From positions 1-39,722 of IMG/VR virus record IMGVR_UViG_2541047869_000003: DNA of 39,722 nt; one strand, given 5' to 3'. A model generated the notes under the pieces. The model was given only the letters and a program-made list of their open reading frames with translations, ran no database searches and was not told the DNA's origin. Origin of the DNA: a virus. Lineage: Duplodnaviria; Heunggongvirae; Uroviricota; Caudoviricetes. Within the stretch, counting starts at the first letter, position 1. The number at the start of each line of letters is the position of its first letter. Both the position numbers and the translations under genes were made by a program. Shown piece by piece: positions 10,925 through 21,597 of this stretch.

Positions 10925-11769
10925 TGCTCCGCAATGATTTTGATGGTTGTGGCAGTAAACGCTGCACCATTAGACTGAATGGTTAACGTACTGCCATTTG
11001 TGGCAAGAAAGCCGTCTTTATCCACGCTGAAGAACGTAGCTAACAAGATGTTATCGGTTGTTGTCGCCGAGTTGCGACTGCTTACCAGTGTGTCAGGAAC
11101 AGAACCGGAAAATGTTAGTTGCATTGACCTGTTTGCGGTTCCACTGGGCCACGTCCCGACAATCGACAACTTGAAGAACAAGGTTTTGTTCTCGTTGAAC
11201 ACAACCATCTTGTTGTTAACGGTGTCGAAGAATGGTGCCAACGAACCGGATGACGGCGTGAGCGTTTTCAGCAGGCTAACAAGGTTGGTCGGCGCTATCG
11301 GGATGGTTACAGATACGCCAGAGTAAACAACCTCTGACTTCTTGCGAGTAGTGGCATACTCCAGAGCATCGATGCGCGTTTCATGGTCTGAAAGCGTGTT
11401 TTGAATGGCGACAACTTCATCCGTCAGGTAATCGATATCGTTTTCTGCTGTCGTTAATCGTGAATCAAGGCCGACTATCGCCGCTTCTGCGTTAGTGATC
11501 CTTGTTTCGTGGTCCTGAATCTTCGCTTCAGCTGATGCCAGTCGAATTTCGTGATCGACAAGAATCACATCCTGCTCATCGTTCCTGACTTGTGCGTCAT
11601 AAGCGCCCTGTCCGGCCTCGTTGGCCTTGTTAGCCACATTACCAACATCAGTACCCTGTGCAATAACGTACAGCAGATACGACTGTGAGAAGATATTACG
11701 CGGAAGGACTGATGTGTCGAGTTGTGTAGCCTGAATGATTACCGGCTCATTGAGATTCGAATCAGCCAT
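10921..11769 (-). CDS. Tail needle (P22 gp26-like trimeric coiled coil) with C-terminal extension
   Basis: N-terminus [43 protein letters not shown]...[19 protein letters not shown] matches gp26 from memory; heptad-repeat region ([30 protein letters not shown]). 282 aa versus ~233 in P22 implies an added distal domain. Confidence 0.85.
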   Translation of the reverse strand: MADSNLNEPVIIQATQLDTSVLPRNIFSQSYLLYVIAQGTDVGNVANKANEAGQGAYDAQVRNDEQDVILVDHEIRLASAEAKIQDHETRITNAEAAIVGLDSRLTTAENDIDYLTDEVVAIQNTLSDHETRIDALEYATTRKKSEVVYSGVSVTIPIAPTNLVSLLKTLTPSSGSLAPFFDTVNNKMVVFNENKTLFFKLSIVGTWPSGTANRSMQLTFSGSVPDTLVSSRNSATTTDNILLATFFSVDKDGFLATNGSTLTIQSNGAAFTATTIKIIAEQ

Positions 11770-13187
11770 TACTCAATCCTTATCTGGCAGCCAGACAGAG
11801 TGACAGGTGACTTCGTGATAACGCGCAATTTGAAGCCAACATTTTTCCTGATGCGCCCTACTCGCTTCCACAAAACGCGTTTGTCGTAAACGAACGGTTC
11901 ATTCTGCTCAATCATCTGCTCACGTCCGTAATTGATTCCGTCAGTGGTTGCAGAGAGGAACAGGCGGTCAGCGTACTGAGCAACACCCGTCGATGATTCC
12001 ACCTCCAGATCAAAGCATCTGGCGTTATCTGCTTTGAAGAGTGGAGTAAACAGCAGGTGTTCTTGCTGTAGCCCATACTGGCTGCTGATATCGAACTGCA
12101 ATTTCCCGGTCACGGACTCCAGCTTATCGCCGCACGTTATCTGATTGCCTTCGTAAATGAAATCAATAGCGCGGTACACATCGTCATACAGGCCTGTTTT
12201 CAGTACACACCATTGCGGACCATTGGCGCTTGAAGATGCGTCGTACACGAGGACGTGACGCGGAAGGTGGATAATCAGCAGCTCATGCGCATCAAATCGC
12301 AGAGACTCCATCACGCCATCAGCCAGTTCATTAGCGGTGTAGGAACGGAGTATTTTCTCGATGCTCGCACTGGCGATTGGTGATACCTGACCAGAGCCGA
12401 TGATGTACACAGACGGCGCACCCGTTGCCGGATTGCTGATGAACGCATACGAATCAGCAAATGGCGTTTTGCAGTAAGTTCCGGCAATGCCTTTCTGCAC
12501 CATCAGTGATGGCTGTGCGACATACAAAGCAGCACCAACGGTAGTTGCACCAGTCAGGGAAAAATATTCAATCGTCGATGAACCAAAGCAGACGATGAAG
12601 TCTCGCCATGTTCCGATGCCGATGATGCCGTCAGGCTGCGATTCTGCGCGATATTGTGCGCTGTAGCGGTCAGGATGCGATTCGTCTTCAGGGTCAGTGA
12701 TAAACCATGAATCAGTGCCGTCTTTTGACCACGCATAACGCCCACGCAAGCGCGTAATGTCGCGGACAGAACCTAACTCATACTGAGTGAATCCGCTATC
12801 TGAAGGCCAGTTTGAGACTGTTTTAACTGTGCCATCATAGCGATACTCGACCAGTTGACCATTAACGCCTACAGCCTGAGAGGTCCGACCATGAGCCATT
12901 GATACGCGACCACTTCCGGCAACGTCACCGACTTCGCTTTCGCCTTTGTAGAGCTTGCCACCACACACGCGATAAACAGCATTCTGCGCCATGTTGTACT
13001 CGACGCCTCGCGATACGCCGTTCACATCAGAACGTTTGGCAATGCCCGGGAATGAGCGAAGATATCCGCTGCTGTTCAGGATTTCTTTGGGTGTAGCCAG
13101 CATATTCACTGGCAGATAGTCGATATAGTCGGCGTTTCGGAAGTCTTTGCCGATACCTTTCATAAGCGGAAGTTGCTGAATCGGCAT
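11769..13187 (-). CDS. Tail hub protein (P22 gp10-like)
   Basis: 472 aa, the same length as P22 gp10, in the syntenic position between gp4 and the needle. Confidence 0.8.
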   Translation of the reverse strand: MPIQQLPLMKGIGKDFRNADYIDYLPVNMLATPKEILNSSGYLRSFPGIAKRSDVNGVSRGVEYNMAQNAVYRVCGGKLYKGESEVGDVAGSGRVSMAHGRTSQAVGVNGQLVEYRYDGTVKTVSNWPSDSGFTQYELGSVRDITRLRGRYAWSKDGTDSWFITDPEDESHPDRYSAQYRAESQPDGIIGIGTWRDFIVCFGSSTIEYFSLTGATTVGAALYVAQPSLMVQKGIAGTYCKTPFADSYAFISNPATGAPSVYIIGSGQVSPIASASIEKILRSYTANELADGVMESLRFDAHELLIIHLPRHVLVYDASSSANGPQWCVLKTGLYDDVYRAIDFIYEGNQITCGDKLESVTGKLQFDISSQYGLQQEHLLFTPLFKADNARCFDLEVESSTGVAQYADRLFLSATTDGINYGREQMIEQNEPFVYDKRVLWKRVGRIRKNVGFKLRVITKSPVTLSGCQIRIE

Positions 13188-13196
13188 TTATTCACC

Positions 13197-13658
13197 TCAC
13201 ATACTCGGATCTTCTTTCTCGATGTAAAACCGATTCCACGTAAACGCGCTTTTGTTACCACTACCGCGAGGCATGTCATTTCGCCGCTCAAGTGGTGGTA
13301 TTTTGGTTAAAGCGATGCAGATTGTCTGATATGCGCTGTCAGCAGCGGTAAGGAGAGCATCCGACGGCTGAATGACGTTATCCATGCACACTTGCACAGC
13401 GAGTTTCAAAGCGACGCCATCATTTGCCCATGCAGGGATACCTGAATCATCGTCAGGTAACGGCATGATGCCGTTTTCTGTATCAGCAAACTGATACCCA
13501 AGCTCGATACCTTTCGCCTGCCATGCTGCCATCATGTCTTCGAGGTCATTAATGGCATCTTCAATTGCCTGAGGGTCAGCATCTGTCAACGTGGCATTGG
13601 AATACAGCCCGGCTTTTCGTAAAGCCTTAAGAACGAGATCACCCTTCGTTTTCGCCAT
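13197..13658 (-). CDS. Head-to-tail adaptor (P22 gp4-like)
   Basis: 153 aa, immediately downstream of the coat region in P22 order. Confidence 0.7.
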   Translation of the reverse strand: MAKTKGDLVLKALRKAGLYSNATLTDADPQAIEDAINDLEDMMAAWQAKGIELGYQFADTENGIMPLPDDDSGIPAWANDGVALKLAVQVCMDNVIQPSDALLTAADSAYQTICIALTKIPPLERRNDMPRGSGNKSAFTWNRFYIEKEDPSM

Positions 13659-13827
13659 CTTCTTCCGCCTTAGCCACTTTTTGCTTCGTTGCGGTTTCTT
13701 CAGGAGTTTTTACCCAGCCTTTTTTCATGTGAGATTTAACTTCTTCGTCATCAACAATGATGTAATCGACAGCAAACTGACCACAGGTGATCATGTTGCC
13801 CGGCTTATAGAGCATTGTTCGTGCCAT
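13639..13827 (-). CDS. Small hypothetical late protein
   Basis: 62 aa from the internal Met (MARTMLYKPGNMITCGQFAVDYIIVDDEEVKSH...), between the coat and gp4 genes, acidic C-terminus. Confidence 0.35.
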   Translation of the reverse strand: MARTMLYKPGNMITCGQFAVDYIIVDDEEVKSHMKKGWVKTPEETATKQKVAKAEEDGENEG

Positions 13828-13868
13828 TGTCTTCTCCCAATAAAAATGGGGCCGAAGCCCCACCAAAA

Positions 13869-15122
13869 TTACTGCCCGGCAATAACGATGCCCGTATATT
13901 CAGGAACCAGTACAGAGCAACCGTACAGAGTGGTGAAACGCGCAGTGGTTACGCCTTTGATGTGGTCGAAGGCGTAAGACATGATCAGCGTAGCGCCCTG
14001 CTCGGTGGTTGCTGTCATTACCTGTGGACCCTGACCAGTCGGGAACGCCAGTTTGCCGTACATCAGTTCAACAGAACCATCAGCCCAGAACAGGTTAGCC
14101 GGTGCGGCATTTTTGTTGAGAATGGTAATTGCTGCACCATTTGCCGCGTTAGCATCAACGTTTGCATATGGACGGCTGGCGACATCTGCGTTGTCAGGCG
14201 GCAGAATTTTCGGGGAGATAGTTGCTGTCGTTCCGCTTACAGCCAGAACGCGGAATACCTGCGGCTGCCCGGTGGTGTCTTTGGTGATCTGGTGTACAGA
14301 ATTCACGCCAGCAATGGTGAACGCATCGCCAACCTGCAACCCAGATGCAGATACCGTAATAGTCCCCTGTCGGTTATCCACTGGCATATCGTTGGCATCT
14401 TTCGCTTCAACCTTGTGCGCAGGTTTAGCCGCCAGCGTCAGGGAAGTTGCTGTACCCTTCGGAACACGACCAGAAATATCTGTCTTGTAGCTATCAAAGG
14501 ACGCAACAGGAGGGATCTGCGCTTTTTCGTATGCTGTCAGGGTTGCGCCCTGAGCATAGGCACGGTGACCAAGCTCGCCAGCAAGGTCTTTGTAGTTGAA
14601 GGGGTTCCAGAAAGAGCGGCGGTTGATACCCTGTGGTACACCAATCGCCGTCATGGTGGCATCAATACCTGCCGCACAGTTCCACAAATCACGGCCCTGT
14701 GAACCAGTGGTTGAGTCAGCCATTGTGATCACGTTAGTAGCACGCTGCGTGACCATGGAAATCAGGTCAGAGTCAATCTGTGCAGCAAGGCGCATACCTG
14801 CGGCGCGACCAGCTTCAGTTTTATGTTCCGGGTCACGCATTTCACGCGCATCCAGAGTGTACAGAATGTTTTTCGGCTCCTTGAACACAGAAGGAACAAG
14901 GCGCTGAACCAGTGCTGTTGGCGTTTTGCTGCTGAGGTCGAGGCCTTCCTCAATGTTCATGTGGTAATGCTGCGGACGATACAGAACATCACCTGCTCGC
15001 TGCATTGCTGTATCACCGGGACGGAATTTTTTAGCGTTACGGGAAACTACGCAGGCGGCCTCAAAGCCTTCAACGTAGTTTTCGAACATGATTTCAAGGT
15101 CTTTTGCTAATTGGTTAGCCAT
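13869..15122 (-). CDS. Major coat protein (P22 gp5 family)
   Basis: 417 aa; local motifs (FWADGS, RPYANVDANA) resemble P22 coat from memory; follows the scaffold gene. Confidence 0.85.
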   Translation of the reverse strand: MANQLAKDLEIMFENYVEGFEAACVVSRNAKKFRPGDTAMQRAGDVLYRPQHYHMNIEEGLDLSSKTPTALVQRLVPSVFKEPKNILYTLDAREMRDPEHKTEAGRAAGMRLAAQIDSDLISMVTQRATNVITMADSTTGSQGRDLWNCAAGIDATMTAIGVPQGINRRSFWNPFNYKDLAGELGHRAYAQGATLTAYEKAQIPPVASFDSYKTDISGRVPKGTATSLTLAAKPAHKVEAKDANDMPVDNRQGTITVSASGLQVGDAFTIAGVNSVHQITKDTTGQPQVFRVLAVSGTTATISPKILPPDNADVASRPYANVDANAANGAAITILNKNAAPANLFWADGSVELMYGKLAFPTGQGPQVMTATTEQGATLIMSYAFDHIKGVTTARFTTLYGCSVLVPEYTGIVIAGQ

Positions 15123-15140
15123 GCTTAATGCTCCGATAGG

Positions 15141-16034
15141 TTATTTTTTTGCCTTTTTAGCGGCGAAATACGGCGTCCAGTCACCAGTTTCCAGCGCCTT
15201 GGCTTTCAGTTTGTCGAGGTTATTGATTACTGCGCCGTTGCTCCCCTTAACTGTCGGGGTTGTGGCTGCCGTGGTTTTTGCTTTTGGCATGATTCTGGCC
15301 TTAGATTCGATACGTTCCAGCAGACGACCAATTGCTACGGGGTTGGTAGCTTCTGCCAGTTGCTTGCGCAGTTCAGCGTTGCGACCGAGTGCCAGAACAA
15401 CGATTTCCGGCTTCTCTGACTCAAGAAGGATCATGTCCTGAATATGAACAGGAACATCTTCGCGCACAGCCTGCTCTGCATCCTGGTAGCCAGCCACTTT
15501 CAGTGCTTTTACTCTCTGCATGTAATTGGCTGCTTTCTGCTGAAGCGTTGCGGTACGCGCCTCTTCCTCTCGTTTCTGCTCTCGTACTTGCTCCTGGTAT
15601 TTGCCGTTTTCCTCTGCCCACTTAGCCATACGTTGCTGATAGATTTCTTCATCGAAACCGATGTCCTCATCATCCAGTTTTGGCATTCGCGGTGGTTGAG
15701 TGATTACCGGCTGCTGCTCGACGGGTTTCTGAGACTGACGCATCAGCTCTTTCAGCTCGCGGTCTTTCTCTTTAATCGTCTTGCGCAGGTGTTTTACCAG
15801 TCCATGCTCTGCGCTATCTTCGCTGGTTGGCGAATCCAGCTTTTCGTCACCAAAGTAGAATTCCTGTTCTGATTCGTCGTCATCAGTTTCAGTAGCTTCC
15901 TCTGCATCATTGCCAGAGGACTCACTGCCATCTTCTGTTTCGACTTCTTCAGCCAGTTCGACATCATCAGGAATCTGCTCTGACGCATCGGTTTCGATTT
16001 CAACTTCTGGTGTGTTTTCTGCCATCTGGTCCAT
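15141..16034 (-). CDS. Scaffolding protein (P22 gp8-like)
   Basis: 297 aa; highly acidic N-terminus, helical Lys/Glu-rich body, C-terminal KLKAKALE resembling the P22 scaffold coat-binding end. Confidence 0.8.
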   Translation of the reverse strand: MDQMAENTPEVEIETDASEQIPDDVELAEEVETEDGSESSGNDAEEATETDDDESEQEFYFGDEKLDSPTSEDSAEHGLVKHLRKTIKEKDRELKELMRQSQKPVEQQPVITQPPRMPKLDDEDIGFDEEIYQQRMAKWAEENGKYQEQVREQKREEEARTATLQQKAANYMQRVKALKVAGYQDAEQAVREDVPVHIQDMILLESEKPEIVVLALGRNAELRKQLAEATNPVAIGRLLERIESKARIMPKAKTTAATTPTVKGSNGAVINNLDKLKAKALETGDWTPYFAAKKAKK

Positions 16035-16124
16035 TTGTTACCCCTGTTTACTCGATGTTCAGCCCATCGGAAGGCAATAAGGTGCCAGGCCTCATAAAGA
16101 CAGCCATTGCACGTTATGGGTTAA

Positions 16125-18323
16125 TTACTGCTGTGGTTGTTGCTGAGTTGATTTTTGCAGGATGCTGCTGATGTCCATGAGCTGCGCATGGCCCTGCGCC
16201 TGACTTTTCAGGACAAGCTCTGCATCAGCACGGGCATTGTCTCCTTGCTGTTGCTGGAACTGTCCGAGCAGTTTCAGAGCCTCACGGATATCAGATTTCT
16301 GCTGGCTATCGGCAGATGCGAGGATTTTTACAACGTTTGCCGCTGCAACCTGAGCATCCGTCTGTGCCTGGAATGCTTTAACCTGAATGGCTGCCTGTTC
16401 GTTCTGCGCTTTCTGCAATTCAGCCTGACCAGCAAGGAGCTGACCTTGTGCTGCAACCATAGCCGGGTCTGGCTGACTGGCCTGTTGTTGTTTCGCCTGC
16501 TCAACCATCTGCTGTTCTTCTGGTGTTCTCGGCTTGATAACTCCAGAAAGAAGCAACTGATTGCGGTTGTATTCTTTAAGGTCGTCCATCCCTTCGCCGT
16601 CCATATTGTCGAGGATCATCGACGACACAAGGTCGTGCTTCGGCGTTCCTGGTGGGATAAGTGCCAGCATGGAAAGTAACGACTTAACCGTTGCATCGCG
16701 GCGAGTAGCGAACGACTGACCGACATCAACAGTTACTTCATAGTTGCCCTGCGAAAGGTCGTTAAGCGCGATAATCTGCCCTGTCTGATGGTCAACAACT
16801 TCACCAGTCATCAGCGCAACGTCATCACTGCCGTCCTCATTAACGATGCGCATTGGCGTATCGCTGCCATAGACTTCACGAGCCATAGAAAGCCACACAA
16901 CGCCAGCGCGGCGCATGGATTTAGCCATGTTGTCCATGTAGATATAGGACTGCGTGTCCATCCGGTTAAAGATGCTATCAACGGTATCGGTAGCGACGTT
17001 GCTCGGCATGTTCTCAAGCTGCGACGCCCCGGTAATTTGCTGAATAGCCGTTCCGGTGTACTGCAATAGCCCGGCAAGAGCAGGAGGCATTTGTGTCGGA
17101 GGTGTCCAGCCAGCAACCTGAGCCTCTGAAATGACCGTTCCGTTTTTGTCCTTCTTGCTGGTCATGGGAAGAACTGCAGGTCTTTTCTTATTCCTCTCTG
17201 CCCAGTGATTCATTAATGGACCGGGAATGAAATCAACATCCACGATAGGAATTCCATCACCGCCAGCCTGAGTAGCGTTATCTGCAATCATGGAAACCAT
17301 CAGGTTCTCAAGACGCTGTGCATCCATCGCTTTTGCTGCGTGGCCTTCGATTCGCTCCTGATTATCAACAAATGAGCGACGCCCATATACCGGGATGAGA
17401 GGAATATGTTCGCCCGGAATACGCTTCGGTTCTTCCAGCCATTCAGCGCCAGACAGAAGACCGCAATAAACTCTGCGTTTCTTCACTGTCCGCTCACCAA
17501 TCAGTTCGAATGCGCCATCGGTCAGCTCGTCGACAATATCTTTGATTTGCTCTTCATCATAGATTGCCGTTTCTCCGCTAACAGGGTTGCGCCATGCCGT
17601 GAGCTTCACCTTCTCTATGCGAACTTCGTAGTAGCGACCAACATAGATGGCATCTGGCGTTGACCAGTCATATTGAGTGCCAGTGTCATCACGAGAAAGG
17701 CTTGCCGCGATGGAATCAGGGTATTCAGCCTCGAACGCTTTAGGCGTCATGGAGAACATTTCCATAGCCCACATAGCATCAGAGCGGTCATATTGCTTGC
17801 TGTCCTGATCGAAGAAGACGCATGTCGCTGGGTCGTAAACAGGAAGAAGGCTGATGCGTCGCTGCTCGTTACTCGGATCCATTTCATCTTCGTAATCGGC
17901 ACACATGCGGAAACAACCGAATCCGCCCGTTACAGCATCATCAAATGCGTTATCACACGCTTCGCCACCGGATGTTTCCTGATAGTCAGCGCGGAATTTG
18001 CCGTTCATCTTTTCGGCTAACGCTTCCGATGCCTTATCGTCCTTCGGCCTGAATTTAACGCTTATGCGATTCTGTCGATACTCGCCAATGATGCGATCAC
18101 ATTCACGGGCAATCTTATTCAGTTCAAAGCGCGGATAATGCTCAAACCTGCCTTCATCAAATGAGTAACCAGCGTTTGTGCTGCCTTCCCACTGTGCGCC
18201 GGATACCCGGACGAAACGTTGAGCCTCAATAATCTGCTCACGCATATCCTGCGTTGCTGACCAGGCATTATCAAAGTTGCACAGCACCTTGCGATGCCAG
18301 TCAGTCATCTTTTTTTCTGCCAT
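16125..18323 (-). CDS. Portal protein (P22 gp1-like)
   Basis: 732 aa (P22 portal ~725) with a long Gln-rich helical C-terminal barrel segment; follows terminase. Confidence 0.85.
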   Translation of the reverse strand: MAEKKMTDWHRKVLCNFDNAWSATQDMREQIIEAQRFVRVSGAQWEGSTNAGYSFDEGRFEHYPRFELNKIARECDRIIGEYRQNRISVKFRPKDDKASEALAEKMNGKFRADYQETSGGEACDNAFDDAVTGGFGCFRMCADYEDEMDPSNEQRRISLLPVYDPATCVFFDQDSKQYDRSDAMWAMEMFSMTPKAFEAEYPDSIAASLSRDDTGTQYDWSTPDAIYVGRYYEVRIEKVKLTAWRNPVSGETAIYDEEQIKDIVDELTDGAFELIGERTVKKRRVYCGLLSGAEWLEEPKRIPGEHIPLIPVYGRRSFVDNQERIEGHAAKAMDAQRLENLMVSMIADNATQAGGDGIPIVDVDFIPGPLMNHWAERNKKRPAVLPMTSKKDKNGTVISEAQVAGWTPPTQMPPALAGLLQYTGTAIQQITGASQLENMPSNVATDTVDSIFNRMDTQSYIYMDNMAKSMRRAGVVWLSMAREVYGSDTPMRIVNEDGSDDVALMTGEVVDHQTGQIIALNDLSQGNYEVTVDVGQSFATRRDATVKSLLSMLALIPPGTPKHDLVSSMILDNMDGEGMDDLKEYNRNQLLLSGVIKPRTPEEQQMVEQAKQQQASQPDPAMVAAQGQLLAGQAELQKAQNEQAAIQVKAFQAQTDAQVAAANVVKILASADSQQKSDIREALKLLGQFQQQQGDNARADAELVLKSQAQGHAQLMDISSILQKSTQQQPQQ

Positions 18324-18324
18324 A

Positions 18325-19740
18325 TCAACCTACACCACAAGGAATTGAGTAACTGGAATAGTCGGGTTGCGCAGCCGACTCCGGGCAATGCATACACATC
18401 ATCAGCGCATCAGCCAGGTTAGGAGATGGAATACCGAGCTTCTGCTTCATTTCGACCTTAGTCATTAGCTCCAGCTTCCCGTTGTTATTGAATTTGCGCT
18501 GAATCTGCGTAAGTTCTGCAAACAGCTTCTCCAGCATCTTCTCGCCTATTGCTTCTTTGTCGAAACTCAGCATGTCGTCGGGGTCTGCATACTCACCGTG
18601 GACAACCGCCCGATATGTCAGATAAAGCCTGTCAGCCAGCGCGTAATAGAATTGCGCTCGCTTATTGCGGAACACATCACCAATAGTGCGAACGTTGTCG
18701 CCCCGTACGACTTCATCGGCCCATGCTCCGGCCTGATATGGTGCATCTTCATCGAATGGCGATTCGCTGCCCTTGAACATCGTGGCGGTGATTTTCTTGC
18801 CGGAGAACGCTTCCGTTGTCTGTCTGCGTAGCCCGGCACCGACACCATCGCCATCCCACAGGTAGTGGTCAGCGCCGTCTTCAATCGCCAGCGAAGTTGC
18901 CCAGTCAGCACCCTCGTTGATGTCCATCAGCAGGCCTTCGGCAATGCGCTTAACTACCGAACCGTGACGCGATGCGTAACCTTTAGCATCCGGTCCTGTA
19001 TCTGACGGGTCATGCGCAGAGACAACCGCGCCTTTCGCTTTCCATCCGAGTTTCTTGTGCGCATCGGTTGCGGCTTCAAGCCATTCACGTTTGATGATTG
19101 CCATATCACTTGCGCTTACTGGCTCACCAAGCCAGATGTGACGATACAGTGTCGGATTTCTGCGTTTACACTCTTCCATCTCCAGACGGAGAACTTCAGG
19201 AAAGTGCGGGTTGTCGGTGTAGTTCACCGTCAGCAGGCAAATATCATCGGGAGGATTTACAACGAATCGCTGATAGGTATCGTCGAGTATGTTCTTCGGG
19301 TTAAAGCTCACCCATATTTCAGAGAACGGCTTACGGATGGTTGGTATCAGGATATCCCATGATTCCTTCGTTACCGCTTCAGCTTCTTCCACCCAACAGA
19401 TATCAATGCCTTCGAGCGATTTAATCTTCGTCGGGTTGTTTTTGATGCCGTAGAACATGAATTCAGCATTCGTTCCGAGATGACGAATCATTGAACGCTG
19501 AATTTCAAACTCAGCCGAATACCCTTCACGCTCGATGGTATCTTCAAGCAACCGGATTACCGAATCGCTGATACTGTTTTGCAGTTCACGAGCGCAGAGA
19601 ATACGCACAGGCTGCCGACGCGCCGCTTCAACAAGCAGTCTCGCGATTGCCCATGACTTACCGCTACCTCGACCGCCTTTGGCGACTTTGTAGCGATGCG
19701 CCTCAATGAACGGTTCAAAGATAGGATTAATCGAGGTCAT
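18325..19740 (-). CDS. Terminase large subunit
   Basis: 471 aa with a Walker A-like motif (KVAKGGRGSGKSWAIARL) near the N-terminus and a nuclease-type C-terminal half; overlaps the small subunit by 4 nt. Confidence 0.9.
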   Translation of the reverse strand: MTSINPIFEPFIEAHRYKVAKGGRGSGKSWAIARLLVEAARRQPVRILCARELQNSISDSVIRLLEDTIEREGYSAEFEIQRSMIRHLGTNAEFMFYGIKNNPTKIKSLEGIDICWVEEAEAVTKESWDILIPTIRKPFSEIWVSFNPKNILDDTYQRFVVNPPDDICLLTVNYTDNPHFPEVLRLEMEECKRRNPTLYRHIWLGEPVSASDMAIIKREWLEAATDAHKKLGWKAKGAVVSAHDPSDTGPDAKGYASRHGSVVKRIAEGLLMDINEGADWATSLAIEDGADHYLWDGDGVGAGLRRQTTEAFSGKKITATMFKGSESPFDEDAPYQAGAWADEVVRGDNVRTIGDVFRNKRAQFYYALADRLYLTYRAVVHGEYADPDDMLSFDKEAIGEKMLEKLFAELTQIQRKFNNNGKLELMTKVEMKQKLGIPSPNLADALMMCMHCPESAAQPDYSSYSIPCGVG

Positions 19741-20165
19741 TTTCCGAACAGAGTGCTCATCGGTGATGTTTCAATCTGGATTGCGCCGCCGTCTTTGCCG
19801 ACAAGCTCGTTGGTTACCTTGTCGCCATACTTACGGGGATTCATTCGGGCCAGCGCCCATTTGCGGGTATCAACGCGAAGTCTTGCCTTTGCCACCTCAG
19901 CAGCATCTGGAATCGCATTGTCAGCAATTTCGAATATCTCTTCGAAAATAGAATCAGCTCGCGCCTCAGTTGCTTTCGCGTACTTGTCGCGAAAATCCTC
20001 ATGCTTTGCCAACCAGCGGAAAACAGTGGACTTATCCGGCATACCTGGGCGCTTGCATACTTTCAGCAAGCTCTCGCCAGAAGAAAGCAACGAGCAGATA
20101 TCGTCAGCCACCTCCGGCATATAATCAGAGGGGCGACCAGCTTTTGGTTCAGTCGCCATATTCAT
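19737..20165 (-). CDS. Terminase small subunit (Sf6 gp1-type)
   Basis: 142 aa immediately upstream of and overlapping the large subunit; sequence MNMATEPKAGRPSDYMPEVADDICSLLSSGESLLKVCKRPGM recalled as Sf6-like. Confidence 0.8.
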   Translation of the reverse strand: MNMATEPKAGRPSDYMPEVADDICSLLSSGESLLKVCKRPGMPDKSTVFRWLAKHEDFRDKYAKATEARADSIFEEIFEIADNAIPDAAEVAKARLRVDTRKWALARMNPRKYGDKVTNELVGKDGGAIQIETSPMSTLFGK

Positions 20166-20182
20166 CTCACTTAGTTGTTATT

Positions 20183-20362
20183 TCAGGCTGAGAATTCTTT
20201 CGCGCCTTCAATCAGTGACTGCTTCAGCAATTCGAGTGTGCCAATCGCCTCGCATAAACTGATTTCACCATCGTAATCATGGATGGCGCTTTCCAGCCGC
20301 TCGTATAGCTCTTGAGTAATTGGGAATTTCTTCTCCTTACCCAAATTGATTACGCGACTCAC
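20183..20362 (-). CDS. Small hypothetical protein (GTG start, 59 aa)
   Basis: Not in the supplied ORF track (below its size cut-off). Clean reading frame VSRVINLGKEKKFPITQELYERLESAIHDYDGEISLCEAIGTLELLKQSLIEGAKEFSA ending 17 nt upstream of the small terminase ATG. Confidence 0.3.
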   Translation of the reverse strand: MSRVINLGKEKKFPITQELYERLESAIHDYDGEISLCEAIGTLELLKQSLIEGAKEFSA

Positions 20363-20363
20363 A

Positions 20364-20606
20364 TCATGCTCCGGTAGTGAGCAGGTCTAACGCTTCCTTC
20401 GATTTACGCACCGCTTCGATAGTGCGGGTCGTGATATCTGAATTAGCGCCGCCTGACTGGAAGTGAATTTTGAATAGTTCAAGCTTCAGCTCGTCAGTGC
20501 CAATGAATTGAAATGCTTCTTCTGCGGCTGCGTTCTGGTTCATGACCAGCTTGTAAATCTCTAACTGGAATTTCTGTTCTTCAGTCATGGGAATAATCTC
20601 TGCCAT
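20364..20606 (-). CDS. Small hypothetical protein (80 aa)
   Basis: Good Shine-Dalgarno (GGAG) upstream of the ATG; between the KilA-N gene and terminase. Confidence 0.5.
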   Translation of the reverse strand: MAEIIPMTEEQKFQLEIYKLVMNQNAAAEEAFQFIGTDELKLELFKIHFQSGGANSDITTRTIEAVRKSKEALDLLTTGA

Positions 20607-20862
20607 TGTTGGCTCCGTTTATCCGTTAAAAGGGATATCAGTTAAGTTATCCCGTGTAGGGTATAAGCCATTGTCGAGACCACTCATTGAATGGCCTCTG
20701 CAATAACCGATGTCTTTCCATCAGTCCGCCACCACAAAGAATCTTTTTTGCCATAAGGCTGGAGGTTCATCTTTCAGTGGCTGCCAGTGTTATTTCCCCA
20801 CTTTCTGGCTTGGGTTGTTTCGTGGTACTGCCGTAATGCAAAAACTGGATTAACCTGCGAAA

Positions 20863-21393
20863 TCACACCATTCCGGGCAAATACATTTGCACTTCATTTG
20901 CCGCTCTCTCACGTGCAACATGAAGCAATCTTTTTCGCCCACCAACGCCCCACTTAGCCATTTGGCTTGCGCACTGGCTTATCGCTTTGGTTTCAGTATT
21001 GATGATGTGATCGATTCTATTCAGACGGGACATTGCGCCAACGCCGAGACGGACAACCGTTTTGAAAACTTCATAAACTTCGATTTCAAATTCCGGCTTA
21101 ATCCATGCTGCATATCTGATTGCCAGAAGTTCAACACCCCACACACCTGGTTCTGCACCACCTTTGATTATTTTAAGTGGCTGAATTTGTTCCAAAGTGC
21201 TTTTTTGCACTTTGGCCTCCAGTGCTTTTATGAAGCGTTTTATCTGCGCGCTACGCAAAAACTGGCTTGGGCGCTGTTGCTCTGTAGCCTCTCCATTTGC
21301 AACTGCTGCTGCATGGAGATCGTTTAAGTTGTAGCGTCCATCCTCATCAACACGAACGGACACACCATTGACAATAACTGTTGGGTACTTCAT
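20863..21393 (-). CDS. KilA-N domain protein
   Basis: 176 aa; N-terminal half (IVNGVSVRVDEDGRYNLNDLHAAAVANGE...PSQFLRSAQIKRFIKALE) resembles the KilA-N DNA-binding fold; sits between lysis genes and terminase. Confidence 0.65.
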   Translation of the reverse strand: MKYPTVIVNGVSVRVDEDGRYNLNDLHAAAVANGEATEQQRPSQFLRSAQIKRFIKALEAKVQKSTLEQIQPLKIIKGGAEPGVWGVELLAIRYAAWIKPEFEIEVYEVFKTVVRLGVGAMSRLNRIDHIINTETKAISQCASQMAKWGVGGRKRLLHVARERAANEVQMYLPGMV

Positions 21394-21540
21394 CAGTGAT
21401 TACCTTTTAGTGATGAACCTTGTCACACAGGATTCCGGCCCACAGAAAGGCACCGATCACCAAACCGGCATCCTCAAGGGTCATCCTGAAAGGTTCTGTG
21501 TTCATAAGTCGCGCGTGTGAAGCGCGTTTACTGCGGACAT

Positions 21541-21563
21541 AAAAAAGCCCCGCATCGCGAGGC
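21541..21563 (-). terminator. Intrinsic terminator downstream of Rz
   Basis: Minus strand: 7-bp stem GCCTCGC / GCGGGGC (one G-U pair), loop GAT, followed by T6. Confidence 0.5.
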
Positions 21564-21597
21564 TCATTAAATGGACTTTGTGATTTGCAAAAAAAAA

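Noticed and set aside
13815-14702. 295-aa plus-strand ORF antisense to the coat gene (plus 14053-14490 and 14596-14907)
   Set aside because: Antisense to a strongly supported coat gene; Cys/Arg-rich translation with no ribosome-binding site; typical shadow ORF.
15444-15872. 142-aa plus-strand ORF antisense to the scaffolding gene
   Set aside because: Antisense shadow ORF of an acidic, Glu-rich gene; Leu/Phe-rich translation with no start context.
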